DNA from: a virus
Length of the DNA stretch: 64,000 nt
Strand: one strand, 5' to 3'
Virus record (IMG/VR): IMGVR_UViG_3300046786_000121
Location: 1-64,000 of that record
Shown here: in pieces, positions 25,605 to 35,704 of the stretch
Numbering within the stretch: position 1 is the first letter of the stretch
Layout of the letters: every line of letters begins with the position of its first letter
Made by a program: the position numbers and the translations under genes
The notes under the pieces: model-generated
The model's input: only the letters and a program-made list of their open reading frames with translations
Databases searched by the model: none
Told to the model about the DNA's origin: nothing

Positions 25605-27427
25605 CAGTAACTTCAGTTAAGAAAAATAACAAAAAACCAGTATGGATTGCTGGTATTGCTCGCGGGCATAATGCTGGCATTTGCTTGCTAAAAGACGGAG
25701 AGATTGTTTTCTCTATCGAAGAAGAACGCCTAAGTCGTCAAAAGTATGACGGTGGTCCTCTAGCATCTATGGTTAAGATTCTAGAATATACAGATAAAAT
25801 TGATTATCTAGTAATTGCGCATACACAGTCTATCTACGAAACTGCTGGTAAAGTTGACTATTCTGGAGATGATATGTATACAGCCCTAGCAAGAAAGCTA
25901 GGACTAATTAGCAGAAAAGTAAAAGATCCCCATCGCCATCCGCAGGTAATTGATGTAAGTCACGTTCACCATAAATTACATGCTGCCTGTGCTTTCTATC
26001 GTAGTGGTTGGGAAGATGCAGTTGCTCTAATTGTTGACGGTGCTGGTACATTCTTTCCGTTTAGCGTAAATGAATCTCACGTATGGTATTGGGAAGTAGA
26101 ATCAATTATTGATTGTGCATACCCTGCTGAATTTAAAACAGTTCGTAAACATTACGGTACTAGAGATCCGTTGCCTGCTGCATATTTGCCAGAATTTTCG
26201 TCAGATATGTTAGGTGAACAAGGTAGTACACACGAAGCATGGATGACTGATCGTGCTGGTATTGTTAAAGTCTATGAAGGTGTCACAGAGTACTGTGGCT
26301 TCTCATCCATCGAAGCGGGTAAAACTATGGGACTATTCCCCTACGGTAAACCTAACGACAAGATTCCACCGTTGTTTGATAAAATCGGTGATACGTCTTT
26401 CTCAAATAGAAACTTATTTGTCCCAAGATACCCATCGGGAAGCACTGTTAATACAGCCCTAGTAGAATTTTTAGATACTAATGCTGGGCCAGACGAAGAC
26501 ATTACTTTGTTGGAAAATCGTAGAGATTTAGCATATGCTTGCCAAACACAATCGCAAGATGAAGTTGTAAAACTAATCAAAATGGCTGTAGAAAAGTCTG
26601 GTAAGAAGCGTGTTGTTATCAGTGGCGGCTATGGATTAAACTGTGTTGCTAACTATCATTATTTGAAAGAGTTAGAAGGCACAGGTATTGAGATTTATGT
26701 TGAGCCAATTTCGAATGATGCAGGTACTGCTATGGGTGCAGCATTGATGTTCTGGCATAGCATGTATAACGATAACACCATTAGACCGTATGGTTCACTA
26801 TATCTAGGTCCAGTACATACCTATACAGATTCTCAAATTTCTGAAAAGGTAGCAGCAGTTGAAGGTGCAACTGTAGTTGATGCCACACACAAAGATATTG
26901 TAGCTTTGTTACGCAACAAAAAAATCGTTACAATGTTCCAAGGACGCAGCGAAAATGGACCACGTGCATTGGGTAATCGAAGCGTATTGTTCAATCCTAC
27001 ATACGAAGATGGTAAAGATTACGTAAACGAAGTTAAGCGTAGAGAGTATTTCCGTCCGTTTGCAGGTACAATCTTGCAAGATGATGTCCATGACTGGTTT
27101 GATCTACGTGGTAAAGAAGACAGCCCACACATGATGTATGCTGTAAATTGTAAAGAAGGTGTTGCTGAAAAGATTCCTTCAATTATTCACGTTGACGGAT
27201 CTTGTAGAATTCAAACTGTTACACAAGAACAGAACAAACACTACTACGATTTAATCAAAGCATTTAAGGACGAAACGGGTATTCCGATGTTGTTTAACAC
27301 TAGCTTTAACCTAGGCGGCGAGCCTTTAGTTGAAACGCTAGATGATGCAATTTGGACCCTGGAACAGTCGGATATAGAATACTTGTATTTGCCAGAATAC
27401 GGTAAGCTAATTACGATTCCTAACTAA
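25601..27427 (+). CDS. Carbamoyltransferase, NodU/CmcH/TobZ family
   Basis: 608 aa; EEERLSRQK, HHKLHA, DGAG, GKTMGL.PYG, SGGYGLNCVAN, DAGTAMGAA, GRSENGPRALGNRS, KRRE.FRPFA, HVDGSCRIQTV, NTSFN..GEP. Confidence 0.95.
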   Translation: MTVTSVKKNNKKPVWIAGIARGHNAGICLLKDGEIVFSIEEERLSRQKYDGGPLASMVKILEYTDKIDYLVIAHTQSIYETAGKVDYSGDDMYTALARKLGLISRKVKDPHRHPQVIDVSHVHHKLHAACAFYRSGWEDAVALIVDGAGTFFPFSVNESHVWYWEVESIIDCAYPAEFKTVRKHYGTRDPLPAAYLPEFSSDMLGEQGSTHEAWMTDRAGIVKVYEGVTEYCGFSSIEAGKTMGLFPYGKPNDKIPPLFDKIGDTSFSNRNLFVPRYPSGSTVNTALVEFLDTNAGPDEDITLLENRRDLAYACQTQSQDEVVKLIKMAVEKSGKKRVVISGGYGLNCVANYHYLKELEGTGIEIYVEPISNDAGTAMGAALMFWHSMYNDNTIRPYGSLYLGPVHTYTDSQISEKVAAVEGATVVDATHKDIVALLRNKKIVTMFQGRSENGPRALGNRSVLFNPTYEDGKDYVNEVKRREYFRPFAGTILQDDVHDWFDLRGKEDSPHMMYAVNCKEGVAEKIPSIIHVDGSCRIQTVTQEQNKHYYDLIKAFKDETGIPMLFNTSFNLGGEPLVETLDDAIWTLEQSDIEYLYLPEYGKLITIPN

Positions 27428-27428
27428 T

Positions 27429-27452
27429 AAAAGCCCCATAAGGGGCTTTTTT
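27429..27452 (+). terminator. Rho-independent terminator
   Basis: AAAAGCCCC-ATAA-GGGGCTTTTTT. Confidence 0.85.
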
Positions 27453-27461
27453 ATTTTCTGA

Positions 27462-27467
27462 TAAATA
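27462..27467 (+). promoter_or_regulatory. Late promoter, 7 nt before ATG 27475
   Basis: TAAATA-acttact-ATG, no SD. Confidence 0.6.
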
Positions 27468-27474
27468 ACTTACT

Positions 27475-27912
27475 ATGCTAAATTTTGCTAAATTCTTCTT
27501 CCAAGGTATTAAAAATACTCTCCGTGTACAAAACGGTGTAAACTTTGCCTACAAAGGTCCGTGGCAAAGCGTTATCGGCGACACTGTTATCGACGAGTGG
27601 TACCTGGGCGATTTTATGGCAGCGGAATATACCATAGTAATTGATGTGGGAAACACTAGAAAAGAGATGGTCAAATGTTTGCTGATTGCAGGTCCGGAAC
27701 AAGCAAACGTAACAATCTACGGTAGAACTAACCTCAATGAAAATCTAATAGATCTTACTGCTACAGTAAATGCATCAAAAGTACAACTAGTTGCACATCC
27801 TGCTTCTAGCCCTACAGATAGCACCTACGATAATTCGTCTTTACTCGTAGGATCTAAACTAATATTCAGCGCAAATTACTATCACACGATTAATGATCTC
27901 ACATCATACTAA
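27475..27912 (+). CDS. Putative virion structural protein
   Basis: 145 aa, beta-rich, late promoter upstream. Confidence 0.5.
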   Translation: MLNFAKFFFQGIKNTLRVQNGVNFAYKGPWQSVIGDTVIDEWYLGDFMAAEYTIVIDVGNTRKEMVKCLLIAGPEQANVTIYGRTNLNENLIDLTATVNASKVQLVAHPASSPTDSTYDNSSLLVGSKLIFSANYYHTINDLTSY

Positions 27913-27924
27913 CTTCTTAGCCCG

Positions 27925-27932
27925 TATAAATA
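27925..27932 (+). promoter_or_regulatory. Perfect T4 late promoter TATAAATA
   Basis: Exact consensus in an intergenic region. Confidence 0.7.
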
Positions 27933-27984
27933 TAGATATACAGTCTTTGTAGAAGTCGAAGTTGGAAGAATAGCGGAGATCTAA

Positions 27985-28581
27985 ATGTCAGTCAGATACA
28001 TACCTTTTGAGTCTAAAAGCGGTTTTAAAAGTCCGGGATTCCTAGCGGACGAAGCAGGCAACGTTACAGTGCAGTCGTTAACCGTGGCTGGAGCAAACGG
28101 TGCTATTATTAGAGCTGACGAGCTTTATATTCAAGAAATCCAAATACTAGAAGGATCACATTTAGATTCTTCGTTGGTTGCACTAGGAAGTCAAATTATT
28201 GGAAGTTCTCTAAAAATATTAGGAGAATTAGATTTTTTAAATGTTGCAGGAGACACTCGTCTTGGCAATGTCCTAAGCCCTTCTATAACTATTGTTGACG
28301 GACAAGTTACTGTTAATAGTATTGAAGTCGGTTCTATAGATAATGTAGATATTGGTTTACAAACTCCCGGAGCAGCAGCATTTACAACAGCGGATGTTGG
28401 TGTCGGTGGTTTAAATGTAGAAGGTGATGTAGATGTTACGTTAGACTTGACAGTTGGCGGAACAACTACAATGGGCGGCGATTTAGCATTGGCAAATACT
28501 CCAACTGCTAGCAATCACGCTACTAGAAAAGATTATGTTGACGCAAGAGTTAGTGCGTTTGCAATTGCGTTCGGCGCATAA
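27985..28581 (+). CDS. Fibre-type structural protein
   Basis: 198 aa; PTASNHATRKDYVD motif; C-terminal AFAIAFGA. Confidence 0.6.
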   Translation: MSVRYIPFESKSGFKSPGFLADEAGNVTVQSLTVAGANGAIIRADELYIQEIQILEGSHLDSSLVALGSQIIGSSLKILGELDFLNVAGDTRLGNVLSPSITIVDGQVTVNSIEVGSIDNVDIGLQTPGAAAFTTADVGVGGLNVEGDVDVTLDLTVGGTTTMGGDLALANTPTASNHATRKDYVDARVSAFAIAFGA

Positions 28582-28593
28582 GGAAAAAGATAA

Positions 28594-31500
28594 ATGGCTA
28601 AGAAACAGATAAAAAAATATGTATTTGAACCCGGTGTTAGTAAAGATGATAATTTACTACCGAATGCCGTTGCATTATTGATTGCTAACAAAGCATTCTT
28701 GCAAGCACAGGTTGTAGCATTTATCAATGATCAGATTGCTAACGATATTGCACCGTATGAGGGATATACATATGCATCGTCTAAATGTTCTAGAGATGTT
28801 GGGTATTTCATTGATGCTGTTATAAACGACTTACGTTATGGCGGTAATGTTAAATGTAGACAAGTTGCAGATTACTTTTGGATCGACGGTGAACCGCAAA
28901 TTAGAGGAGATGTTAGTCCAGAAATTACAGGACAAGCATATCTAAGAGATGTCATTAATAATTTTATCTTTACTAATACAACAGTAACACCAGCATATGG
29001 ACAGGTTGCAATTCAACAAGTAAAGTATGTAGGATCTGATGCAGAACCAACTGCATCAAGCAGAAACACTTCATTGTGGAGTGTGTTTAGTACAGTTATC
29101 TCTCAAGGCACACCATATATGCCTGCAAAGATTCCTGGAGTCAGTTCTTTAAGATTGATTGGTAAATATGATCCTACTGAAATTTTGTTAATTACTAACA
29201 CAAATACAGGACAAATTCTTTACAATTTTGCTGACGAAAATAATTCGTTAACAGTTGAATATAAAACAGGACGTAGTAGCGGTGACGGTGAATTATTAAG
29301 TGATGTTGATTTTGTTCACTGGTGGCATACTTCCGATACTATCACTACAGTTAAACTTTCTGTAGATACTAGCACATTACAATCATCCGCTGATATTCAA
29401 ATATTCGTTGAAGAACCAAGCCAACAAATTCGTCCATGGGAATTTGGAACGGACGCTATTGAACGTATGCGTGTTGCACAGCCACAGGCCATGCTTGACG
29501 CGGACTTTGAATACGGACTACAGCCAACTAAGTGGCAAGCTCTTGGTTTGATTCGCGGATATCCAAGTATCTTTGAAATTCCAGGTACTGATTTATCTGT
29601 AGTTTCTATTACTACTGATGCATCTTCTAACACAGGTTACTTTGGTTCTTCTTTAATTACTGTTACAACTTCTGGTACACACGGATTTTCAGCACAACAA
29701 CCGATTACAGTTAAAGGCTTATCTGCCTCAGTTGGAGGATTTGCAAGAGCTGAAGGTTCTTTCTTAGTCTATAGTGTTCCTAGTTCAGTAAGTTTTACAT
29801 ATTACGCCAGTGCTAAAGTTGGAACATTAGCAGGTGAAAGTTTATATACATCGTTTGTACAAGTTAGACAGGCTGGATTTTATACCGGTGCATCAATTGG
29901 ACAGCCAACATTTTCTGTGTACAGCAATGGAACAAATTTAAACATTCTATCGAAATTTGATACTACAGTTGGTGCGTTTACTATTGCATTTGATGGTACA
30001 GCCCCAACACCGGGTAGTCCTATTTCTGGTAGTCCTGCGTTTACAGCAGGTACATCTGTATCTGGTGTTGTTGGTACTACTACTGTATCTGCACACGTTA
30101 AGAATACTGTTGAATCAGCAACAGACACTTCTATTACTGTAGTTGACACTACTGGTATTCAGCAGTCTATGGCATTAGAAAGTTATACAGGAACTGCACT
30201 ATTCGTTAACTCATTAGCTGGTAATACATTATATTTGTCCGGACAATTGGGTCAAACCTTTGTAGGAGCCAACGGTACTAATACTGGGGTAAGCGGAACG
30301 AATATTCAAGGTACTGGAGTTGGGGCAACATTCAATGTTTCTAGATCTGCAGGAGCATATACGATTACTGATTCCGGAGATAGTGCATCAAACGGACAAA
30401 ACTACGCAGTTGGTGACAGAATCGTAATTGCTGGTACTGATCTTGGCGGAGCTTCACCTACTAATGATGTTATTCTTGCTGTTACAGGAGTTGACAGCGG
30501 TGGATCTATCACTGCATTTAACCATACTGGGACTTCGATTACCGGTGGCGGAACATATACAGCAGTACCACAATCACTTAGTGATAACATCGGTATTGGC
30601 GCAACCATAACTGTTGTTCGAGAAGGTGGAACAGGTGCTTATACTATTTCATTAGTTGATGGTGGTAGTGATCATGCTCAAGGTGATACTGTAACATGGT
30701 ATGGTACTAGCTTTGGTGGTTCAAGTCCAGCAAATGATATTGTTATTCAAGTTGATGGCGTAACAGCCGGAGCAATTGTTGATTATACTATTATTGGCAC
30801 ACCAGTCGGCGATACTGGCAATGCGGCATATACATCGGTTGCAGGTACAAATCAAACAGTATCAGGAACATCTGCGGTATTTACAGTTACAAGAACAGAT
30901 GGTTTATATTCAGCAGTTGCTACATCGGGTGGCACTGGTTATCAAACTGGTAATAGAATTTTAATCTCTGGAAATGATCTTGATGGAACATCGCCAATCA
31001 ATGATTGTATTTTAACAGTAACCGGAACTAATGGCGATGCTATTAATTTACTTACTGCTTCTGGAACACCTTACGACGGTGATACAATAACTGTATACCC
31101 TACACTAACAATCAGTGAAGCATTAAACACTTCGTTGGCAGATGGATCTACACTAAACGTTGGTGCTATTCCGACAATTCAAGTAGACTTTAATTCTAAT
31201 CACGGTCTAGTACCGGGCACCACAATATTAACAAGTATCTCATCTACCCCAGCACCGGGCTTCACAGCAACAAATCGAACATTATCAGCAACTGGTTCTT
31301 GGACTGGTGTGTCTTTTGCAGGTGGAACATGGGTTGCTGTAAAATCAGGTAGCACTGATTCTGCTAGATCGATTGACGGACAAACTTGGTCCGCTGGAGG
31401 TGCATTACCATCTAGTACAACATGGACATCAACAGCATCTGGATCAATAGGCGGTACTGTTTATCATGTTGCTATCGCAAGTGGCGGTACAGCAGCAGCA

Positions 31501-34500
31501 TATAGTATAAATGGTGGACAAGTATGGACCGCAGCGACATTACCGTCGAGCTCAACATGGTCTTCAGTTACATATTATAACGAAGCATTTGTTGCTATCG
31601 CTAGTGGTGGTACAGCAGCAGCATACAGCTTGAACGGAACAACATGGACAGCGGCTACACTACCTTCTAGTGGAACATGGTCTGATGTAACTGGCGGATT
31701 GATCGGTACTTCGGCATACTTTGTAGCGGTTGCTAGTGGTGGTACAGCAGCCGCATACTCTGTTGATAACGGAGCTACTTGGACAGCTACAGGCGCATTG
31801 CCTGCAAGTACAACTTGGAGCACTATTGCATTTGGAAATAATAGATTCTTAGCTGTGGCAAGAGCAACTACTACTGCTGCATATAGCACAAACGGAACAA
31901 CATGGACTTCTGTAGCACTTCCTACTAGTGCTAACTGGAACTGTTCAGCGTTTGGTGATGATTCATTCCTTATTATTGCAGACGGTGGTACACAGGCATT
32001 AACATCATTTAGTGGTGAGACAGGAAGTTGGGTTGACAGAACACTATCTGCAACATCTACTTGGGAAGAAGTTGCCTATGGTAACTTATCAGGAATTGGT
32101 AGATTTGCAGTAGTTGGAGCAACTAACGCAGCTATGAGCATTGATTTACAATCAGCAAACCATCAGCTAGCAACTGGTCCACACGTAGTTACACAAGTAC
32201 CAAGCGCAACAAGTATTAGATATCCTGCAAGAACAACGGGAACAATTAATACTACCGCAGGTCTAACCGGAGTATTATATGCCCGTCCAGATAGCTTCTT
32301 TACACATAGACCATTTGACGGTGGTGTACAATTAGGCACAGGTAATCCAAGTCATGGTGCTCAAGCAATTCGTCAAAGTAAAAAGTATATTCGTTACCAA
32401 TCTGGTAAAGGTATGATGTATACAACAGGCGGATTATTTGCACCTAGCTATAATTTATCATCTGCAATTGCATTAAACACAGAAGTTAATAGTATTATTA
32501 CATTTACATGTGATGATACTGATCACGGATTACAACCAGGAGCAGAAATCGAAATTATCGGAATGGTTTCGTTTGAATTTAACGGTGATTACATAGTTGA
32601 AAGCATTGTGGATGCTAGAAGTTTCCGAGTAAGATCACATAGTGTCTTAAGCAGTACATCTGGATCATTAGGTACAGATTCTAAAGTAGTTCTAAAACGT
32701 TGGCATGGAGCCACTGTTCGCATTGGAGCATTTGACGAACAAAACGGATTATTCTATCAATATGATGGACAAGAGATGGCTGTTGTTAAACGTAGTAGTA
32801 CAAATCAATTGTCTGGAACTGTATCGGTTAATATAGAAAGCAATGCAGTTACTGGCATAGGTACAAGGTTCCAAGATCAATTAAAGGTCGGCGATAAAGT
32901 TGTATTACGCGGTATGAGTCATATTGTTACTAGTATCTTAAACCAAACACAACTAACATTTGCACCTGATTGGCGCGGTGCTAACAGTATTGTTGGCGCA
33001 AGATTGTGTATAACTCAAGACTTGATTATTAAACAAAGTGACTGGAACATGGATCCAATTGATGGAACAGGTCCAAGCGGGTATAACATGCTTCCATGGC
33101 GCATGCAGATGTTGGGTATGCAGTATTCTTGGTACGCGGCTGGTTTTATTGAATGGATGTTGAGAGGTCCAGACGGTAAGTTTGTATTCCTACATAGACT
33201 TCGTAACTCAAACGTTAACACAGAAGCATATATGCGTACTGCTAACTTACCAGTACGTTATGAAGTTGAAAATGCTAGTGCAAAAAGCAAATTAGTTGCA
33301 CAGATGTCCGCTGGACAAAATACTATGTCATTAACAGATGCTAGTAGATTCCCAACTACAGGCATTGTTTATGTTGATAATGAATTAATTTCTTACTCTG
33401 GAAAAACTGGAAACACATTAACTGGTTGTACTAGAGCAGCTTCTATGACTGCTTTTACAGCAGGACAGAACAGAACATTTACCGCAGGATCACCAAGCAT
33501 ACACTTAGTTAACAGCGGAGTTTCTTTAGTTAGCTGTACCACAAGTCCAACAATTAGTCACTGGGGTAGTGCGTTATTAATTGACGGTATGTTTGATTCA
33601 GATCGTGGTTACATCTTTAACTACGCTGGTACTGGTTTAAGTATTAGTACATCTAAACAAACAGCATTTATGATTCGACTAGCTCCTAGTGTTTCAAACG
33701 CACTTGTTGGTGATTTAGGTGAGAGAGATTTGTTAAACAGAGCGCAGCTATTGTTAAATGAAATTGGATTAACAGCAGACAGTGGTACAGGTGCTATTGT
33801 TGTTGAAGGTATTTTAAATCCTAAGAATTATCCAACTGATCCAACAAAGATTACATGGACTGGATTAAGCTCACAAGCTGCTGGTGGACAACCTAGCTTT
33901 GCACAAATTGCACTAGGTGGTTCTATTAACTGGGGTGGTGTTGGAGCTACAACTTCAACTGCAACAGTGCAAGGTGCATTAACAACTAGTTTAGTTGCTA
34001 GATCGTTTAGTACAGTAACTAATAACGTTACAGCGGTTGCTAACCCTTCTGGAGTATCCGGTTATGCGTTAGCTATTCAAAGCGGTAGAAGTGATTTCTT
34101 AATTACAAATGCACAATACGATGCATTACTGTCAACAACACCAATGCGTGTTGGTGATAGTTTAGCAGCAACAACATATATTACTGGTGGACAAACTATT
34201 ACTTCTATTACTAGAGCATATCAATCGTCTAATTTTACACAGATTGTTATGAGTTCACCTGCTAACGTGTCTACTCCTCCAGGAAATACTGGCACTGTTG
34301 CAGTAAGTGCAAGTACTTCTATATCCTATGCTAGAGCATTCAGCGTAGGTAGAAACGACTTCTTGGTAACAGATTCGGATTATGTAGCAAGTTACGCAGC
34401 AAACGGCGATTCGATCTCCGTTGGAAGTTACCTTGTTGCAGGACAAACTATTGTAAGTTCATCTCCGGGATATGCACTTGTATCGGGTGTTTCTTATACT

Positions 34501-35049
34501 CGTGTTGTTGTAAGCACAGCGGCCAATGCAACTAGCAACGCAGGAAGTGGTAACAACGTGACAACTACAGTTACAGCATCTGGAACTGCATCGTCATACG
34601 CTAGCACCAACTATCTGTTCTTTAATAGTGCATCATGGAATGCTTCGGGTGCATCTGTCGGTACTCGAGTAGCTACCAGCTTTACACAGTTTCCGGCGGG
34701 TACTGCGGTGAGTGCAGTAACGACACGAAGACTAGGAACTACAACAGTTATTAGAGCAACGTTTACTCAGAACTCTAATGCAACAATCGCTGCCGCAGCA
34801 ACAGCTACATTCCAATTTGGTGATCCGCAGTATGCGTTACCGGGCGAACAGGTATTTTCTTTCGTAGCTAACCCTGGTAACACAACAAGTTTGGATTTAA
34901 CAGAATTGAAAGAATTGACTACAACTGCGATCGGTGGACGTGGTGCGTTCCCGAATGGACCTGACGTATTAGCTATTAATATCTATAAGGTAACAGGAAC
35001 AGCAACACCGGGTTCAGTTATTCTTCGTTGGGGAGAGGCGCAGGCTTAA
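28594..35049 (+). CDS. Giant modular virion/fibre protein
   Basis: 2151 aa; KCSRDVGY helical domain, three GATF.V.R..G.Y...GG.SP.ND repeats, a propeller of AAYS.NG.TW blades. Confidence 0.7.
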   Translation: MAKKQIKKYVFEPGVSKDDNLLPNAVALLIANKAFLQAQVVAFINDQIANDIAPYEGYTYASSKCSRDVGYFIDAVINDLRYGGNVKCRQVADYFWIDGEPQIRGDVSPEITGQAYLRDVINNFIFTNTTVTPAYGQVAIQQVKYVGSDAEPTASSRNTSLWSVFSTVISQGTPYMPAKIPGVSSLRLIGKYDPTEILLITNTNTGQILYNFADENNSLTVEYKTGRSSGDGELLSDVDFVHWWHTSDTITTVKLSVDTSTLQSSADIQIFVEEPSQQIRPWEFGTDAIERMRVAQPQAMLDADFEYGLQPTKWQALGLIRGYPSIFEIPGTDLSVVSITTDASSNTGYFGSSLITVTTSGTHGFSAQQPITVKGLSASVGGFARAEGSFLVYSVPSSVSFTYYASAKVGTLAGESLYTSFVQVRQAGFYTGASIGQPTFSVYSNGTNLNILSKFDTTVGAFTIAFDGTAPTPGSPISGSPAFTAGTSVSGVVGTTTVSAHVKNTVESATDTSITVVDTTGIQQSMALESYTGTALFVNSLAGNTLYLSGQLGQTFVGANGTNTGVSGTNIQGTGVGATFNVSRSAGAYTITDSGDSASNGQNYAVGDRIVIAGTDLGGASPTNDVILAVTGVDSGGSITAFNHTGTSITGGGTYTAVPQSLSDNIGIGATITVVREGGTGAYTISLVDGGSDHAQGDTVTWYGTSFGGSSPANDIVIQVDGVTAGAIVDYTIIGTPVGDTGNAAYTSVAGTNQTVSGTSAVFTVTRTDGLYSAVATSGGTGYQTGNRILISGNDLDGTSPINDCILTVTGTNGDAINLLTASGTPYDGDTITVYPTLTISEALNTSLADGSTLNVGAIPTIQVDFNSNHGLVPGTTILTSISSTPAPGFTATNRTLSATGSWTGVSFAGGTWVAVKSGSTDSARSIDGQTWSAGGALPSSTTWTSTASGSIGGTVYHVAIASGGTAAAYSINGGQVWTAATLPSSSTWSSVTYYNEAFVAIASGGTAAAYSLNGTTWTAATLPSSGTWSDVTGGLIGTSAYFVAVASGGTAAAYSVDNGATWTATGALPASTTWSTIAFGNNRFLAVARATTTAAYSTNGTTWTSVALPTSANWNCSAFGDDSFLIIADGGTQALTSFSGETGSWVDRTLSATSTWEEVAYGNLSGIGRFAVVGATNAAMSIDLQSANHQLATGPHVVTQVPSATSIRYPARTTGTINTTAGLTGVLYARPDSFFTHRPFDGGVQLGTGNPSHGAQAIRQSKKYIRYQSGKGMMYTTGGLFAPSYNLSSAIALNTEVNSIITFTCDDTDHGLQPGAEIEIIGMVSFEFNGDYIVESIVDARSFRVRSHSVLSSTSGSLGTDSKVVLKRWHGATVRIGAFDEQNGLFYQYDGQEMAVVKRSSTNQLSGTVSVNIESNAVTGIGTRFQDQLKVGDKVVLRGMSHIVTSILNQTQLTFAPDWRGANSIVGARLCITQDLIIKQSDWNMDPIDGTGPSGYNMLPWRMQMLGMQYSWYAAGFIEWMLRGPDGKFVFLHRLRNSNVNTEAYMRTANLPVRYEVENASAKSKLVAQMSAGQNTMSLTDASRFPTTGIVYVDNELISYSGKTGNTLTGCTRAASMTAFTAGQNRTFTAGSPSIHLVNSGVSLVSCTTSPTISHWGSALLIDGMFDSDRGYIFNYAGTGLSISTSKQTAFMIRLAPSVSNALVGDLGERDLLNRAQLLLNEIGLTADSGTGAIVVEGILNPKNYPTDPTKITWTGLSSQAAGGQPSFAQIALGGSINWGGVGATTSTATVQGALTTSLVARSFSTVTNNVTAVANPSGVSGYALAIQSGRSDFLITNAQYDALLSTTPMRVGDSLAATTYITGGQTITSITRAYQSSNFTQIVMSSPANVSTPPGNTGTVAVSASTSISYARAFSVGRNDFLVTDSDYVASYAANGDSISVGSYLVAGQTIVSSSPGYALVSGVSYTRVVVSTAANATSNAGSGNNVTTTVTASGTASSYASTNYLFFNSASWNASGASVGTRVATSFTQFPAGTAVSAVTTRRLGTTTVIRATFTQNSNATIAAAATATFQFGDPQYALPGEQVFSFVANPGNTTSLDLTELKELTTTAIGGRGAFPNGPDVLAINIYKVTGTATPGSVILRWGEAQA

Positions 35050-35332
35050 CAATATATTTGGATCGTTCCCAGTTGGAAATTTTCGAATCCAACGATTTCT
35101 TAATAGAAATAATGTTAGTTCGAATATCACCAATTTCCGTTGGGATCCTTCCAGATATTAGAAGCTGTTCGTGATTTCGATCAATATAGCCGACTTGTTC
35201 TTTTAATCTTAAAAGAAGGTCGGCTAATTCTTTTTGTAAACTAGAATCTTCAATCTTAGAAATCTTTTCTTGATAATTTCTATAGTCTTCTAAGAATTTT
35301 TTATTTGTTTGTAGGGTAGGAATCATTTTCAA
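35018..35332 (-). CDS. Hypothetical helical protein
   Basis: 104 aa, coupled to the upstream minus-strand genes, coiled-coil-like composition. Confidence 0.5.
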   Translation of the reverse strand: MKMIPTLQTNKKFLEDYRNYQEKISKIEDSSLQKELADLLLRLKEQVGYIDRNHEQLLISGRIPTEIGDIRTNIISIKKSLDSKISNWERSKYIVKPAPLPNEE

Positions 35333-35696
35333 GCACCAATATAGTATCTAATTTTGCGCGAATTAGTTGATTATTTAAGGTTGTTTTTAAACCAGTATGC
35401 AAATTTTTTGGAAGCGAATCTAGTTGCGCCCAACATATAGTTTGATCTTTATTTGCTAGGAATTCTTGATCAACTAAGCATACATAAGTTCCGTACTCAA
35501 ATCCTCTATCTTCACTAAGATAAAGTTCAATAGGAAGTATCCTACCGCTTGAGTATTGTTGTAAGAGTGGCTGAACATCTTCTAGCAAAGAATTAGTCCT
35601 AGCAAAAGTAGGAACTGTCCATTTTTCTTGTTCTAATAACAAGAAAATTCTACCACTATGTTTGTCTAAAAATAATAATCCGGCACGCTGTTGCAT
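35301..35696 (-). CDS. Degenerate Nudix-fold protein
   Basis: AGLLF...GRIFLLL...W and Y..YVC.V..EF...W...LP..LH.G flanks are Nudix-like, but there is no REx2EE box. Start at 35696 lies 5 nt after TAAGTA. Confidence 0.4.
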   Translation of the reverse strand: MQQRAGLLFLDKHSGRIFLLLEQEKWTVPTFARTNSLLEDVQPLLQQYSSGRILPIELYLSEDRGFEYGTYVCLVDQEFLANKDQTICWAQLDSLPKNLHTGLKTTLNNQLIRAKLDTILVLENDSYPTNK

Positions 35697-35704
35697 GCAC
35701 ATAC

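Noticed and set aside
5052-34446. Many 60-130 aa antisense or alternate-frame ORFs inside the fibre genes
   Set aside because: They are shadows of Thr/Gly/Ala-rich codon bias, with no SD, promoter or recognisable motif.
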